Part shown: positions 35,918-48,299 of the stretch, piece after piece
Position numbering within the stretch: position 1 is the first letter of the stretch
Layout of the letters: the number at the start of each line of letters is the position of its first letter
From: Octopus bimaculoides
Lineage: Eukaryota
Assembly: GCF_001194135.2 (NCBI RefSeq)
Contig: NC_068981.1
Coordinates: 18,944,132-19,007,484 of the forward strand
Length of the DNA: 63,353 bases
Direction of reading: 5' to 3'
Position numbers and translations under genes: made by a program
The notes under the pieces: model-generated
What the model saw: the letters and a program-made list of their open reading frames with translations, nothing else
Told to the model about the DNA's origin: nothing
Databases searched by the model: none

Positions 35918-36003
35918 ATTAGAATTAATCGTATACCGGTTTCGCCATCAACTCTTTTACTTACGTAAAAACGTCCGTGGCTCGTCAGTACGACCGTTCT
36001 AAT
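35918..36003 (-). ncRNA. Type-I hammerhead ribozyme (minimal, palindromic stem III)
   Basis: Minus strand 5'-TCGTA-CTGACGA-GCCA-(30 nt)-TGGC-GAAAC-CG-GTA^TACGA-3'. All core nucleotides are present. Stem I TCGTA/TACGA, stem II GCCA/TGGC, stem III ACCGGT palindrome. Predicted cleavage between plus-strand 35934 and 35933. Confidence 0.8.
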
Positions 36004-37437
36004 TCAATATAATTTGCAGAACAATACACGAATTGTCTTCATAAAGTTTGACGTGCGTACAGTTTTACGATTACATTGGCGTTATTTTCAAATGTCTCAG
36101 CTCTCTATTTTCAAATGTATCACCCTCACTATATAAATATAAATTTAAATAATTATGTTCTCTAACCGGCAACATCCACTGCAGTGAATTATCTTCTGCA
36201 GAACTGTTTCCGGAATTTAGCGCGCCAGAATATAACTTATACCCAAACTTGGAACTGTGTCATCGAAGTGTTTAACTTAACATTTTTTCTACTCCTCTAC
36301 ACCTAATACTGTAAATTGTTGTGTTATCCTTCAGCTCTCTACTAATAATAATTTTCCTTCAACTTCAGCCTCATTCATCATCTTTTCCCCCTCTCTCTTT
36401 CCCTTTCTCTCCCTTATTTGTTTTCTACCCCCCGCCCTCAGATTTCTTTCTCTTACTACAGCCTCGCTATGCATGCATTCTGACGTTGCTTTTCATTTCT
36501 GCATAATTTGTTTCCATTTGCTTTAACATAAAGATGTAAAACATCTCTATCCTCCCTTTTTATCTTTCATCTCAATCCTGAAGAAGTGATTGAAGAATTT
36601 TCTTTTCTCTTGGATATGTACTTAAGTTACAACGATTTGTATATCCATTCTCAACATCAGTGTTTAAGAATGTTTGTACACGTGTCTGATAGATCACTGA
36701 CGCCACTTAGAGACAGCGTGTTGATTACACACATATCTACAGTACCAAATTCACACTTGAGTCTACCGAAATGTATCAAGAATGAATATACACGTTGTTG
36801 TAAGTCTAATTGTTTTAGAAACCATAGGAATTTAATATCAATTTGGCAGGCATTGGTACATATCAGTAAATATTTTATTTGCTGATTTTTATAGAGAGGA
36901 CCGTTTGATCCGGTCTAGCTTCCAAAGGACTGCGTAGTGTATATCGCTGAGTAGGCACAACCATGCCAAAACACCAGTGTCTGATAGTCCGGTGATTTCA
37001 GTTGGAACAAGTGTGTTGGATACCATTCCAGCGTACGGTCTCACTGGCCATTTACACTTTAGCGTGCATTCTAACCCTAAGCCTATATTTAATTCAGATC
37101 AGATAAGTTTATTTCACAGCGTAGACTACGGATAGTGCGGTAGACCGCACGCTAAATTAGCACCGTGTGTTGTTTAAACACATCGTCTATGGAGAGAAGT
37201 TATTCTACAAAACAAACTACAACAGCGAAACGCCATGTTCGCGTCCGAGTCTCCCGGAACGTGTCAACAATGCATATACACATGATTGTTTTGACACTCG
37301 CTGTTTTTCGTCTCCATAATAATTTGATTTCTTTCTATTTTTCTAATAAAGATTACTTTCTAATACACACAGTTCTCCTTGGATTTTCTTTTATTTGGTA
37401 CATGCTCAATGCATTGACTTTCGTGAAACCAGACTCT

Positions 37438-37439
37438 AT

Positions 37440-37509
<70 letters not shown>

Positions 37510-37531
37510 GTCTGTCTGTCTATATATATAT
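37438..37531. repeat. (TATC)n/(TGTC)n/(TA)n compound microsatellite
   Basis: Direct observation; abuts a gap. Confidence 0.95.
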
Positions 37532-38449
37532 NNNNNNNNNNNNNNNNNNNNNNNNNNNNNNNNNNNNNNNNNNNNNNNNNNNNNNNNNNNNNNNNNNNNN
37601 NNNNNNNNNNNNNNNNNNNNNNNNNNNNNNNNNNNNNNNNNNNNNNNNNNNNNNNNNNNNNNNNNNNNNNNNNNNNNNNNNNNNNNNNNNNNNNNNNNNN
37701 NNNNNNNNNNNNNNNNNNNNNNNNNNNNNNNNNNNNNNNNNNNNNNNNNNNNNNNNNNNNNNNNNNNNNNNNNNNNNNNNNNNNNNNNNNNNNNNNNNNN
37801 NNNNNNNNNNNNNNNNNNNNNNNNNNNNNNNNNNNNNNNNNNNNNNNNNNNNNNNNNNNNNNNNNNNNNNNNNNNNNNNNNNNNNNNNNNNNNNNNNNNN
37901 NNNNNNNNNNNNNNNNNNNNNNNNNNNNNNNNNNNNNNNNNNNNNNNNNNNNNNNNNNNNNNNNNNNNNNNNNNNNNNNNNNNNNNNNNNNNNNNNNNNN
38001 NNNNNNNNNNNNNNNNNNNNNNNNNNNNNNNNNNNNNNNNNNNNNNNNNNNNNNNNNNNNNNNNNNNNNNNNNATATATGTATATATATACACACATACA
38101 CATATATATATATATATATACACACATACACACACACACACACATATATATATACACTCATACATACATACACACGCTCTAACAATTTATCATCTGTGAC
38201 TGATATATTTGACATTTTCTTATATCTTAGTAATGTTTGTTTGCACCGATGTAAAGAAGCAAAAAAGAAGCAAAACAAAAACAGAAACAAAAAGAAAACA
38301 CACACACACTGTGTGCTCTGTCATTTGTAATCAGTAACGAGTTTATTGACTTTCACTCTATATAATTGTGCGTGTGTGCGCGTGTGTGTGTGTGTGTGTG
38401 CGTGTGCGTGTATGTGTGCGTGTGTGTGCGTAGTCTTGTTTTTGTGGCT

Positions 38450-38636
38450 AGTACTGTTGTTGATGATGATGATGATGATGACGATGATGATGACGATGTT
38501 GCACTATTGTTGTTCTTGTTTCGTTGTTCTTGTTGTAGATGTGTTTTTATAGCTTTATTTTACTCGTGTTCTCGTTTCTTACTTATTTTTTTATAATTGT
38601 TTTTGGTAATGCCGTTTTTTTTGCTTGCTTGTAATC

Positions 38637-38702
<66 letters not shown>

Positions 38703-38764
38703 CATTATTATTATTATTGCTATTATTATTATTATTGCTATTATTATTATTATTATTATTATTA

Positions 38765-38798
<34 letters not shown>

Positions 38799-38824
38799 CA
38801 TTATTATTATTATTATCATTATTA

Positions 38825-38856
<32 letters not shown>

Positions 38857-38858
38857 GC

Positions 38859-38894
<36 letters not shown>

Positions 38895-38957
38895 GATTAT
38901 TATTATTATTATTATTATTATAATTATTATTATTATTGTTGTTTTTGTTGTTATTAC

Positions 38958-38990
<33 letters not shown>

Positions 38991-39620
38991 TATTATTATC
39001 ATTATTATTATCATTATTATTATTATTACTATTATTATTGTTGTTGTTGGTTTTGTTTGTTATAGCTTTTGATGACGTTCTTATTATTATTACTACTTGT
39101 GTTGTCATTGTTGAAGCTATTTTTGTCATCGTTCTTGGCTGATTTTATTGTTGACATTGATTTTGTAATCTTTTTGATTTTGTTATTATTGTAGATGCTG
39201 ATTTTTTTTTGGATTTTTTTTTTGTGTAGTTGTTATTGGAACTGGTTTAGGTGTTGTTCAAGCTATGTTGTGTTGTTGTTGTTGTTGCTGTTACTGTTGT
39301 TGTTGTTGCTTATGTTGTTATATTTGCTGTTTTTGGTGTTGTTCCTGATACCTTTGCGTCAATGTTATTGGCGCTTATGGCTGTTGTTGTTTTTGCTGGT
39401 GGTGGTGGTGGTAGTAGTGGTGGTGGCGGAGGTGATGTTGGTAGAGGTGGTGTTGGTGGTGGTGGTATTGTTGTTGATAGTATTTCATATCAATTATTGT
39501 TGTTGATACGATTTATCTAGTTATTTCTGTTGCAACTGTTCTTATTATTACTGTTGTTGCTGTTGTTGTTATTGGTGATGATGATAATGATGATGATGAT
39601 GCTTTTGCAGTTGTTGTTGT
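38450..39620. repeat. Compound trinucleotide array (GAT, ATT, CAT, GTT, GGT) with ~400 bp of (ATT)n
   Basis: Direct observation. Confidence 0.95.
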
Positions 39621-39840
39621 TGTAGTCATCTAGCCGCAGGGCAACCTTTATTAAGTACACTTCCAATCAAAGACGTACTGGCAAATAGTCTTTTTTAAGA
39701 GTATGTGATGTGCCTCACCTTGTTTAAAACGGTAAGGTTTCATTTGAGGGATATTTGGCTGATGAGCCTAAAAGGAGCGATGAAACTCAGAGGCATCCTT
39801 GTTAGTTTAGTTTGTTTTGTTTTTAATATCTTGCTGTTGT

Positions 39841-39989
39841 TAAGGCGGCGAGCTGGCAGAAACGTTAGCACGCCGGGCGAAATGCTTAATGGTATTTCGT
39901 CTGCCGCTACGTTCTGAGTTCAAATTCCGCCGAGGTTGACTTTGCCTTTCATCCTTTCTGGGTCGATTAAATAAGTACCAGTTACGCAC
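39841..39989 (+). mobile_element. SINE A, 3'-truncated
   Basis: Consensus-like head and centre ending at CAGTTACGCACT. Confidence 0.9.
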
Positions 39990-40200
39990 TCATCCCTCTA
40001 AATTTCCTCGCTCTTGTTGTCTTCAACCCCACCGACCTCGTACTAACCTTATAAGCAGTGCCTATTTCCTAGAACATCTTCTCCCTAATTATGTCTATTC
40101 TCTGGAATCTTCTCCCTATTTATGTCTTTCCTGCAGGTATTGAGCAACAACATTTTAAAAGGAACGTTAATGGGATCAAGTTCACCGGTCTCGGCAGGCC
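39990..40200 (+). mobile_element. CR1/Jockey-group LINE extreme 3' fragment
   Basis: LWNLLPIYVFPAGIEQQHFKRNVNGIKFTG, homologous to the 3330 and 50535 ends. Confidence 0.55.
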
Positions 40201-40649
40201 TGCTAAATTCATGAGCAATGTCTTTTCTCCATACTCAGCTAGTAAAAGAAGGTCGGCTTAAGCATGGTTGACCTGGGTTTAAACAATAACAAACTGGGTC
40301 TCTATATTTTGCTTGCTATCGTTGGTGTTTGCCTTCAAATTATACTAGACTTATGATCATAGCAGACCTACGACCAATCGAGCTCTAGACAAGCCCATTC
40401 CGACATCGTATTAGCATCTAGGACAACATCTTTTCACGTCTATGGACTGTTATGTGAGAGTGATTTGGCTGCTATTTCTAACGATCTTTGCTTGTAGTAC
40501 TTTTATGTGATAGTGTAGCTGATCTGTGAGTTTGGTATGTTGGCGTGGTCTCTAATTACACAACGTGTGTTGTTCTGTGTTCTTATCAAGCAACCATACC
40601 ATCTGACGGTATTGAAAGGAATTATAGTGTATAAGTTTTTGAAAGGCCG

Positions 40650-41060
40650 TTATTTTCTACATATATCCGCACATTAAGGACAAGGAACAGAGTAGATTCT
40701 ACATCTCTATTACAATTAATTGGGAAACTCGGAGTCTGTAGTGATCTTCTATATGCAATATTGTCGATAGAGCTGCTTCTATTTCTATGAATCACGGAAC
40801 TTCACGCTTTGCCAAACTGAAAAGTTTATGGTCCTGAAACAATCTACAGTATCTGTTAATTTGAAAATCATAGATAATATCCAACTGTCGACACCGGATA
40901 AAGTTCCTTCTAGAATATTTCCAGGAAAATTCTCACACATGAAAGTCAGTTTTAACTGTCCCCTCGGAGTGGTCGCACTTATCAGTGATAAATTTGGATA
41001 CAGTAGCTTCTAAATCTGTAACAAATCTAATCACGTGACCGATTTAGATGAACGAAGACT
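40650..41060 (-). mobile_element. Possible REL-type (HERO/NeSL-like) LINE fragment
   Basis: Weak motifs DKCDHSEG.VK, QLDIIYDF, TVDCFRTIN; very degenerate. Confidence 0.3.
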
Positions 41061-41194
41061 GGGTATACACTTTCAGGACATAACTTCTCACACCATTATT
41101 CACAATACTGTATGAAACCACAGCTTTATTTTGTATGCGTGTGTGAAACTCTGATTAATAACGGAGGTAACCACAAACTGTTTGACAATAAATT

Positions 41195-42592
41195 TAACTT
41201 TGATAACCTTGATTGGTTTCGGCCAGAATAGGCCCAGGCCATGTCTAACTTAATAGCACCATCTGGTGAAGTCTTTTAGTCACATATTGGGCACCATGGC
41301 CCACTCTAGCAGTGAGTTATTACTGTTGGAGACATATCCGGATGTAGGAGGTTGGTCCGGGATTTTTTGAAGAAATTTGTCCAGTGAACATTTGAGTTTT
41401 ATGGGATCCGTTTCCGTTTCGATGTGTTTTGGTATGGTACTAAAGAGAGTTGGTCCGGTTGAGGTAAAGTAATGTTGCTATGTGTACCGATTCGATTTTT
41501 GTAGTGGGCGGATAGCACGGGGGCCAAATCTTGGATGGATTTTAAAATTGATGCCAACATCATTTGTGCAATATTGATGGAATATTTTCCACATCACACA
41601 AATGATGTAACGCTCCCGGCGGCGTTGGAGAGAGTAGAGATTGAGTTTTTCTAGTTGACCCCAATAATCAATGCCTCTCATGCCGTCTCTCTTTCTTGTT
41701 ATTGATTTCTGGAGTGCTTCTACTTTCATAATGAGTTGCTTCGTATGGGGGGACCACAGTGGGCAACAGTACTCAAGGTAGAGTCGGGCAAATGTAGAGC
41801 AGAGAAGGTTGGTGGTGTAGGCATCTCTAGACCGGAAAGTTCTCAGAATCCAGGAGCACATCTTGCGGGCCAAGTCAACCTTGCTGTTTACGTGAGAACT
41901 CCAGCTTAGATTGTTATCAACAATTACTCCAAGGTCTCTCGTGTTGTTGGATGACACTAGGGAGTCGCCCGAGGGAAGAGCATATGGTAATTTCAGAGTA
42001 TCCTCTTTTCCAAAGTGGATCATATCAAACTTATCTTCATTTAGAAGCATATTGTTTTTTTCCGCCCACTGGACAATAGCAAACAGATCTGACTGAAGGC
42101 ATGTTCGGTCTCCCATGCCGTTTATGGCTTTCTGGGGCTTGGAATCATCTGCAAAGATTTTCAACGTAGAATGTTTGATGACGTTTACTATGTCATTGAT
42201 GTAGGTAATAAAGAGGAGTGGGCTCGACACAGTACCTTGTGGGACACCACTGCTGACTTTGGCTGAGCTAGATCGTACTCCCTCAAACACAACATGTTGG
42301 GTTCTGTTCGTCAGGAAACACTTTATCCACTGCTGCAGCTTTCCATGGACTCCATATGCTGGACAGTTTCTTCAGAAGGATATTATGGTCCACTCTGTCA
42401 AATGCCTTGCTGAAATCAGGATATATGACGTCAGTGTTGGAGCATTCACCCAACGCTTTTAAGATGTCATCAAAATGGTGCAGAAGCTGCTACAGGCAGT
42501 CCCCGCCATCACGGAAACCATGCTGGTTGGGGATCAGCAGATTGTTGTCTTCGATGAAGTGAGTTATTCGCGACCTCACCATCCTCTCAAAT
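41195..42592 (-). mobile_element. 5'-truncated CR1-group LINE (RT domain to 3' end)
   Basis: 270-aa ORF 41478-42290 with SGVPQG, FADDS, RDLGV, EYCCPLWSP, YSLQRRRERY. Upstream NQHGFR and DFSKAFDRVDH occur in shifted frames; downstream KFLQKIPDQP. Confidence 0.95.
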
Positions 42593-43282
42593 ACTTTACT
42601 ACACTATGTACTATGTACTGCGTGATTCTTTCATTCAAATGCGCGCGCGTGCAACACACACGTGAAAAAACCCGCGTGTGTGTATACGCATGTATGTGGG
42701 GGAGGAGTAACATTCACCTACCATACATCGACGTAACATAAGAACCAAAAATACAGTGCTTTATGGATGAAATCCCTTGCATCACGTTAGACACTCCCTT
42801 GAGGTCCTTACCATCAGAGATGCAGTGAACCAGTGGTTGGTCCGTCGGAAAACCACAACCAAAACGTTTTTGTTCATAAATTATGATATAAAATAGAGAG
42901 ACAGAGGAATAAAATAGTAAAGAAGAGAAACAATACTGGAGAAGAAAATAAAAAAGGAGGCAAAAGAAGTGTAGAAGAGGAAACTTAAATATCAGAGGTG
43001 GTTTATGACAATAGACGAGAAAGTCAAGAAACGCACCGAGATAAATGTTTTCCGACATGTCAGTCAGTGAAGAGACAGCAACGTCAGTTTGAATCAACAG
43101 TAGCGTGTTTTACTGATTAGTGAAAGACGGCATAAAGTTTGAGGGACAGATGATTGATGTTAGGGACAAGCCTGGTACTGTTTGTCTGAAAACTTGTTGA
43201 ATGGCGGCAAATAATTCATTGTAGTCAATCATTGGTTACGAGATCAAATGCGCCCCACACTTGGACAGGAATATGTTGAATC

Positions 43283-43326
43283 ATAGAGTAACTCTCCACC
43301 TACTACTACTACTACTACTACTACTG

Positions 43327-43386
<60 letters not shown>

Positions 43387-43410
43387 TTCTTCTTCTTTCT
43401 GCTGCTGCTG
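43283..43410. repeat. (CTA)n/(CTT)/(CTG) microsatellite
   Basis: Direct observation. Confidence 0.95.
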
Positions 43411-43699
43411 CTGTCCTGTTACATATCTGTTTTTCTGATAAGAGCTTGTTAGCCTATTTCAAATCTACTTCTGGAGAAGGGTTACTAGGGATGGTACCCC
43501 ATGTCATTCAACCCAGTGTAAATAAAAGTCGTCTTACAAAGTCTCCAAAATACTTACACAAATATCGCCAAACGACATTGACAATGATTTTTAAAAAATG
43601 CATATTTAAAGACAGCTATAATGCTGACAGTAATAACACCGATAAAAGTAGGATGTTGTTATCCCCCTTAGCAACATCACGTTCACAAATAAACCTTTT

Positions 43700-45430
43700 A
43701 CTCAGAAAAGAAACAATACCAAAGATACTTTTTAACGTGTGCAGTACAATAGTAATGGCTTCAAAAACACCTTTATAGAACTAAAACATTTGTATTTTCA
43801 CTCACGCCAATGATGTAGAAATCATTCAGGAACATTCTTATTTTCAGAGCACACATTCGAAATTATACCCAAATTAGAATAGACAGTCCCTTCCTAAAAA
43901 TTATAAATGCTGGCTTTCAAAATAAAACCTAGTAACAGGAAAAATTTATATAAATACACACGCATTTGTATCGTCACTGATCTTAATAACCATCTCGCCG
44001 GGTTATATAACTCAAACAATTTTGCACTTTCACAAACACCATCATTGGACAAAACTTCAGTAGATATAACATCTCCGGTCTTTAAATATTACAGATAATA
44101 TATAACTAAAATAAGATAACTTATAACTAAACTTCATAAACAATCCACACCAACATACATACGCACATAGCTCGCCAAACCATCTACGTCTCTTCGTTGG
44201 ACATCACCTTCCTTTCCACATACCAAGCATCACAACTATTTGCCAAATAATTCCCCAACTTTCCTCGGACCACTTACCAATTATCACCATAACACACTCG
44301 CACATCAAATGAAGAAAGCAAAAACTCTTTTACGAGTTTCAAAAAGAACAATGGAACGAGTTCCATCAAGAAACAAAATCAAGGTTTTTCAGAATTAAAT
44401 AATACCAGAATGAAGCAACGTAGACACTGCAGTACGCACAGTCAATAAAATAAATATAGACACGTCTACAAAATATATCCCATAAGGCAACATTAAAAAA
44501 ATACAACCCGAAAATCACATACCATAAACATCCAATGTCATAAAATAAAAAAAAATAAAAAACACAACAAAGACAACCTCAAACACAAAACATCAAAACC
44601 ACACAAAACCAAAATAAAATTCGGCATCAAACAACGAGAAAAGAACCAAAAACTAAATAAATAAGTGAACTACAGAGAAACGGAAAACGGGCAAACATTT
44701 GTATTCATCATAAAACACAAATCTAACAGTAAAATACTCTTCAGAGTAATTATCAGCATCATGATCATCATCTGCAACAAGAACGGCCACACCACAGTTA
44801 CTCCCATGACTTATACAATCCCAGTTAAAAATGTTTTCTTAGGGTTACAGTATGTGTATTTATACCCAGACTGTAACCCCAAGAAAACATCCTTATCAGA
44901 CATTTATCGAAAATCGGCTTGCAAAATCCTACCCGCAAAGACAAGAATACAAAATGAAAATTACCCACCTTCCAAGCAGACATCGATTTTTGGTCTCTTA
45001 ATTCTTTCCATCAGAAATCCGAAAGAAGACAACAGAAATCTAAAACTAGGGGCCTAATTATTACACTCAGCATCCTCTTCAATTACTTGAAACAATACCG
45101 TCAAATTCCCAGAAACTGGAAGCTGGACAAAATCATAGCAACTCTAAGGTCGAACAATAAGCGACATGAAGCAACACTATAGAAACCCATCACTTTCCCA
45201 TGTAAAACCTAAAAAAATTTGGAAATTCTAACAGTTGGCATCGCTGACTATACACATCAACCGCTCTAAATCTCAATATAATCTCCAATCGCTATACTCA
45301 ACCACCATAATACTCACAAACCCAACACAAAAATACAAGACGCATTCAATAGCAAAAGAAACTTCTCACTCCTACCACATTCTAATTCTCATTGACATTA
45401 GCAAAGCTTTCGACTCCCAGCTATTCACTC
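43700..45430 (+). mobile_element. Heavily decayed APE-type LINE (I/Jockey group): endonuclease plus RT N-terminus
   Basis: SLDITFL, SSDHLPII (APE C-terminal motif), ILFN...IPRNWKLDKII, LIDISKAFDS. Confidence 0.7.
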
Positions 45431-46209
45431 ATTAAAAAATACTCAACACCCCTTGAAGAAACAACGCAAAATACAGGTAAGCAAACTAACTGTCTGACAG
45501 CTAAACTTACGGAGTGTACAAAAGAAACATTTGCAGATCCTACAATTTCTGTATGCAGTTCTAGATACATTATGCCAGATTATAAGGCAAGATCGTTACC
45601 ACTGGAGTGTTTTTAACCATTAGAATTGCTCGTGCTGTTTCGGAAACCTATGTCTGAACAACAACCTAAATCACATTTATCCCACGACGTCAAATCACAC
45701 CAAAGTCTCATGTAAAGAAGGGATGCATTAAAGAATGTAGTACTGAATATACTATTGCAGAATAAAAATAGAACGATGGAATACTTCTCACCATTGGTCT
45801 GCTTAATCAACGATAACTTAAAGTTAATAGAAACTCGTTTCTGCGCCATTGTATACATCCGTTACCTGTTTTGCTATCTTGTATACATAGACGCATTCAT
45901 ATAACTCTCAGTGCTGTCTCTAATTTCTATAGAAGATCTGTAGAGATAACTTTAAAAACAACCCTACACTATAATACTTTTCCTAATAGATCATACTACA
46001 CTATAACACATTATAGTACACCACACTACCAAACACCGTACTATGTTAGAACTCACCTCACCCCACCTCACCGTATCACTACACCACACTGCATCACACC
46101 CCATACCCGACACTCCACCACACTGCATCCCTACCACATGACCCGTACTACACTGCACAATAGTTTATTAAAAGAAACACCTCAAGATGGTTGCAATATT
46201 TTATCAATG

Positions 46210-46563
46210 TCTTTTAACAACAACAACAACAACAACAGTTATAGCTGCTACGTGAGTCATAAAAATAACCACAACCATCGCCATCGCCGCGAACACAACA
46301 ACCACAAACACAAGAGCTATAACGACAATAAGATCACAGTCGTAAACAATCACAACTACAGCAAAAACTCGGATGACAACAAGATCAACAAGAACAACAA
46401 CAGCAATACAACGACAAGACAAATGAAGGAGAAAGAGAGGAGAAGAAAGAATGCTATGAAGTCTGTCTCGGCATCCATCGCCCTTGTGGCATTAAAAGTA
46501 AAGACCATCACCATCATCATCATCATCATCATCGTCGTCGTCGTCATCTTCATCATCATCATC

Positions 46564-46595
<32 letters not shown>

Positions 46596-46696
46596 CGTCG
46601 TCGTCATCATCATCATCATCATCATCATCGTCGTCGTCGTCATCATCATCATCATCATCATCATCACCATCGTCATCATCATCATCATCGTCGTCG

Positions 46697-46737
<41 letters not shown>

Positions 46738-46762
46738 GTCATTATTATTATTATTATTATTA
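46210..46762. repeat. Compound (AAC)/(ATC)/(GTC)/(ATT) tract
   Basis: Direct observation. Confidence 0.95.
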
Positions 46763-48299
46763 TGTTTATCATTGACAGTAAACGAACTAAATATAAAACA
46801 CAATTAAACATTGATGAAAAACCAACAACAGATAAAAGTAACAAATGAAGTGATCAATAAAAATGGATCGTATATATATATATATATTGATAAATTTTAC
46901 TGTTTTATTCTTGCTTTTTTTTTTCCTACAGTTTTGTGGTATTGGATTTATATTATTGAATCAGTTCTTTTAGAAAGCAAATCACTAAAATCAATTAGCC
47001 TGAAATGAAAGCCAAATTTCACGAAACAGCGACAAGTTAATTCGCATGTGACACCGTTGAAACTAAAAGTCAATTGTGTGTTTAATGTAATATCTGCTGC
47101 ATGCATTTCTATTTAAGTGCAGAGAGATAGTAACGGAAATGTGAAGTTTACAAACAATCTTCTCACAAATGGGAAATCTACTTTTCAAATGGCTTGGTCC
47201 AAAATAGCTGTGGAACGATTAAGTTAGTTTCTGTACAGATGATAGTAACTGAATTTATTTGCAGCTATCAGGAAGCCATCCAAGAAGTCTCTGGCTTTGT
47301 TTCTACTTAGTTAATTATTCCAGCACATCTGGTGCATCAACAGTTTTGAAAAGTCACTTCCCACGGTCTTTGCAGGTTAGTGAAGTCATTGATGTTCAGT
47401 TTGATTGATTTATTGACTGGTGAGGTCAAGGTAACTGATGCTTAGGTCTAACTGATGATTGGAGTGATCGATACAGTTGATGCGAATTTAGAATTTCAGT
47501 AGATAGATGTTCATAGAGAAAAACGAAGATAGAGATTTTAAAAAATAACTTTGTCTCAGTAAGTTATTGCTCGTACAGACAACAAAACATCTCTCAATGA
47601 TTGATTATAATCTGCTACAAACACCGAATAAATCAACCACACAAAATTCCATCATTTTCTCATCAACAACATCCAAGTAGTGAATTATAGAAGTCGCCTA
47701 ATGAGGCACTTAAACTAGCGCCAATATAAGCCAAGACACTATGCTGCTATCTTAATAAATCATTGAGGAATTAAATGAAAAATATCTAGCGGAAGCACCA
47801 TTAAAAATGTTTTCCTCGATCACAAATCCACTTTTGGAAAAAAGCAAAATAAGAAAGAAGTTTCCTTATCCAGATGTGCAAATCCCTGAGGGACCGTTGT
47901 ATTGATCACTTCGATATACGCCGGCCAATCATTTAACACAACAAACTCAACTTAAACTGAACACGGCAATACCAACTATTCACTGCAGAGGAATGTAATA
48001 ACCGAATGAACCAATACGAAATAGGAATGAAATGCTTTTGTCAATATATATCTAGTCATTGTGCAATTGACAATGATTACCAAATTATAAATCAAAATAT
48101 AGATAGATGGAATAACATGATATAAACGTACAAGTAACATAAATATAATATCTTCTATCTTCAGTTTTTAAGATTCTAGTAGACAATTACAAATAGAATA
48201 AGAATTATTTCATGATATAATCAATAACATGATTGGTGATCTGATCATGTAGCTGCTGTAACCAAATTAGTTTCTTGTAATTCAATAATGCAGTTTCGT

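Noticed and set aside
37058-37157. 10-bp inverted repeat TTTAGCGTGC/GCACGCTAAA around CTAACCCTAA
   Set aside because: Suggestive of a Helentron-type or MITE relic but too short to support a call.
38560-39520. Poly-N/I/L/Y ORFs (also 21902-22646 and 46356-46844)
   Set aside because: Translations of trinucleotide microsatellites, open in several frames on both strands.
39758-39800. CTGATGAGCCTAAAAGGAGCGATGAAAC hammerhead-like string
   Set aside because: Stem II needs bulges, there are extra bases before GAAA, and no U-H cleavage site follows stem III.
43000-43235. TTTATGAC, TGATTGAT and TGATTGAC Pbx/Hox-like motifs
   Set aside because: Short AT-rich motifs at a density compatible with background; no other support.
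47265-47375. 111-nt open segment between TTGCAG and CAG|GTTAGT
   Set aside because: Weak polypyrimidine tract, no recognisable peptide, and close to the Gypsy 3' region.
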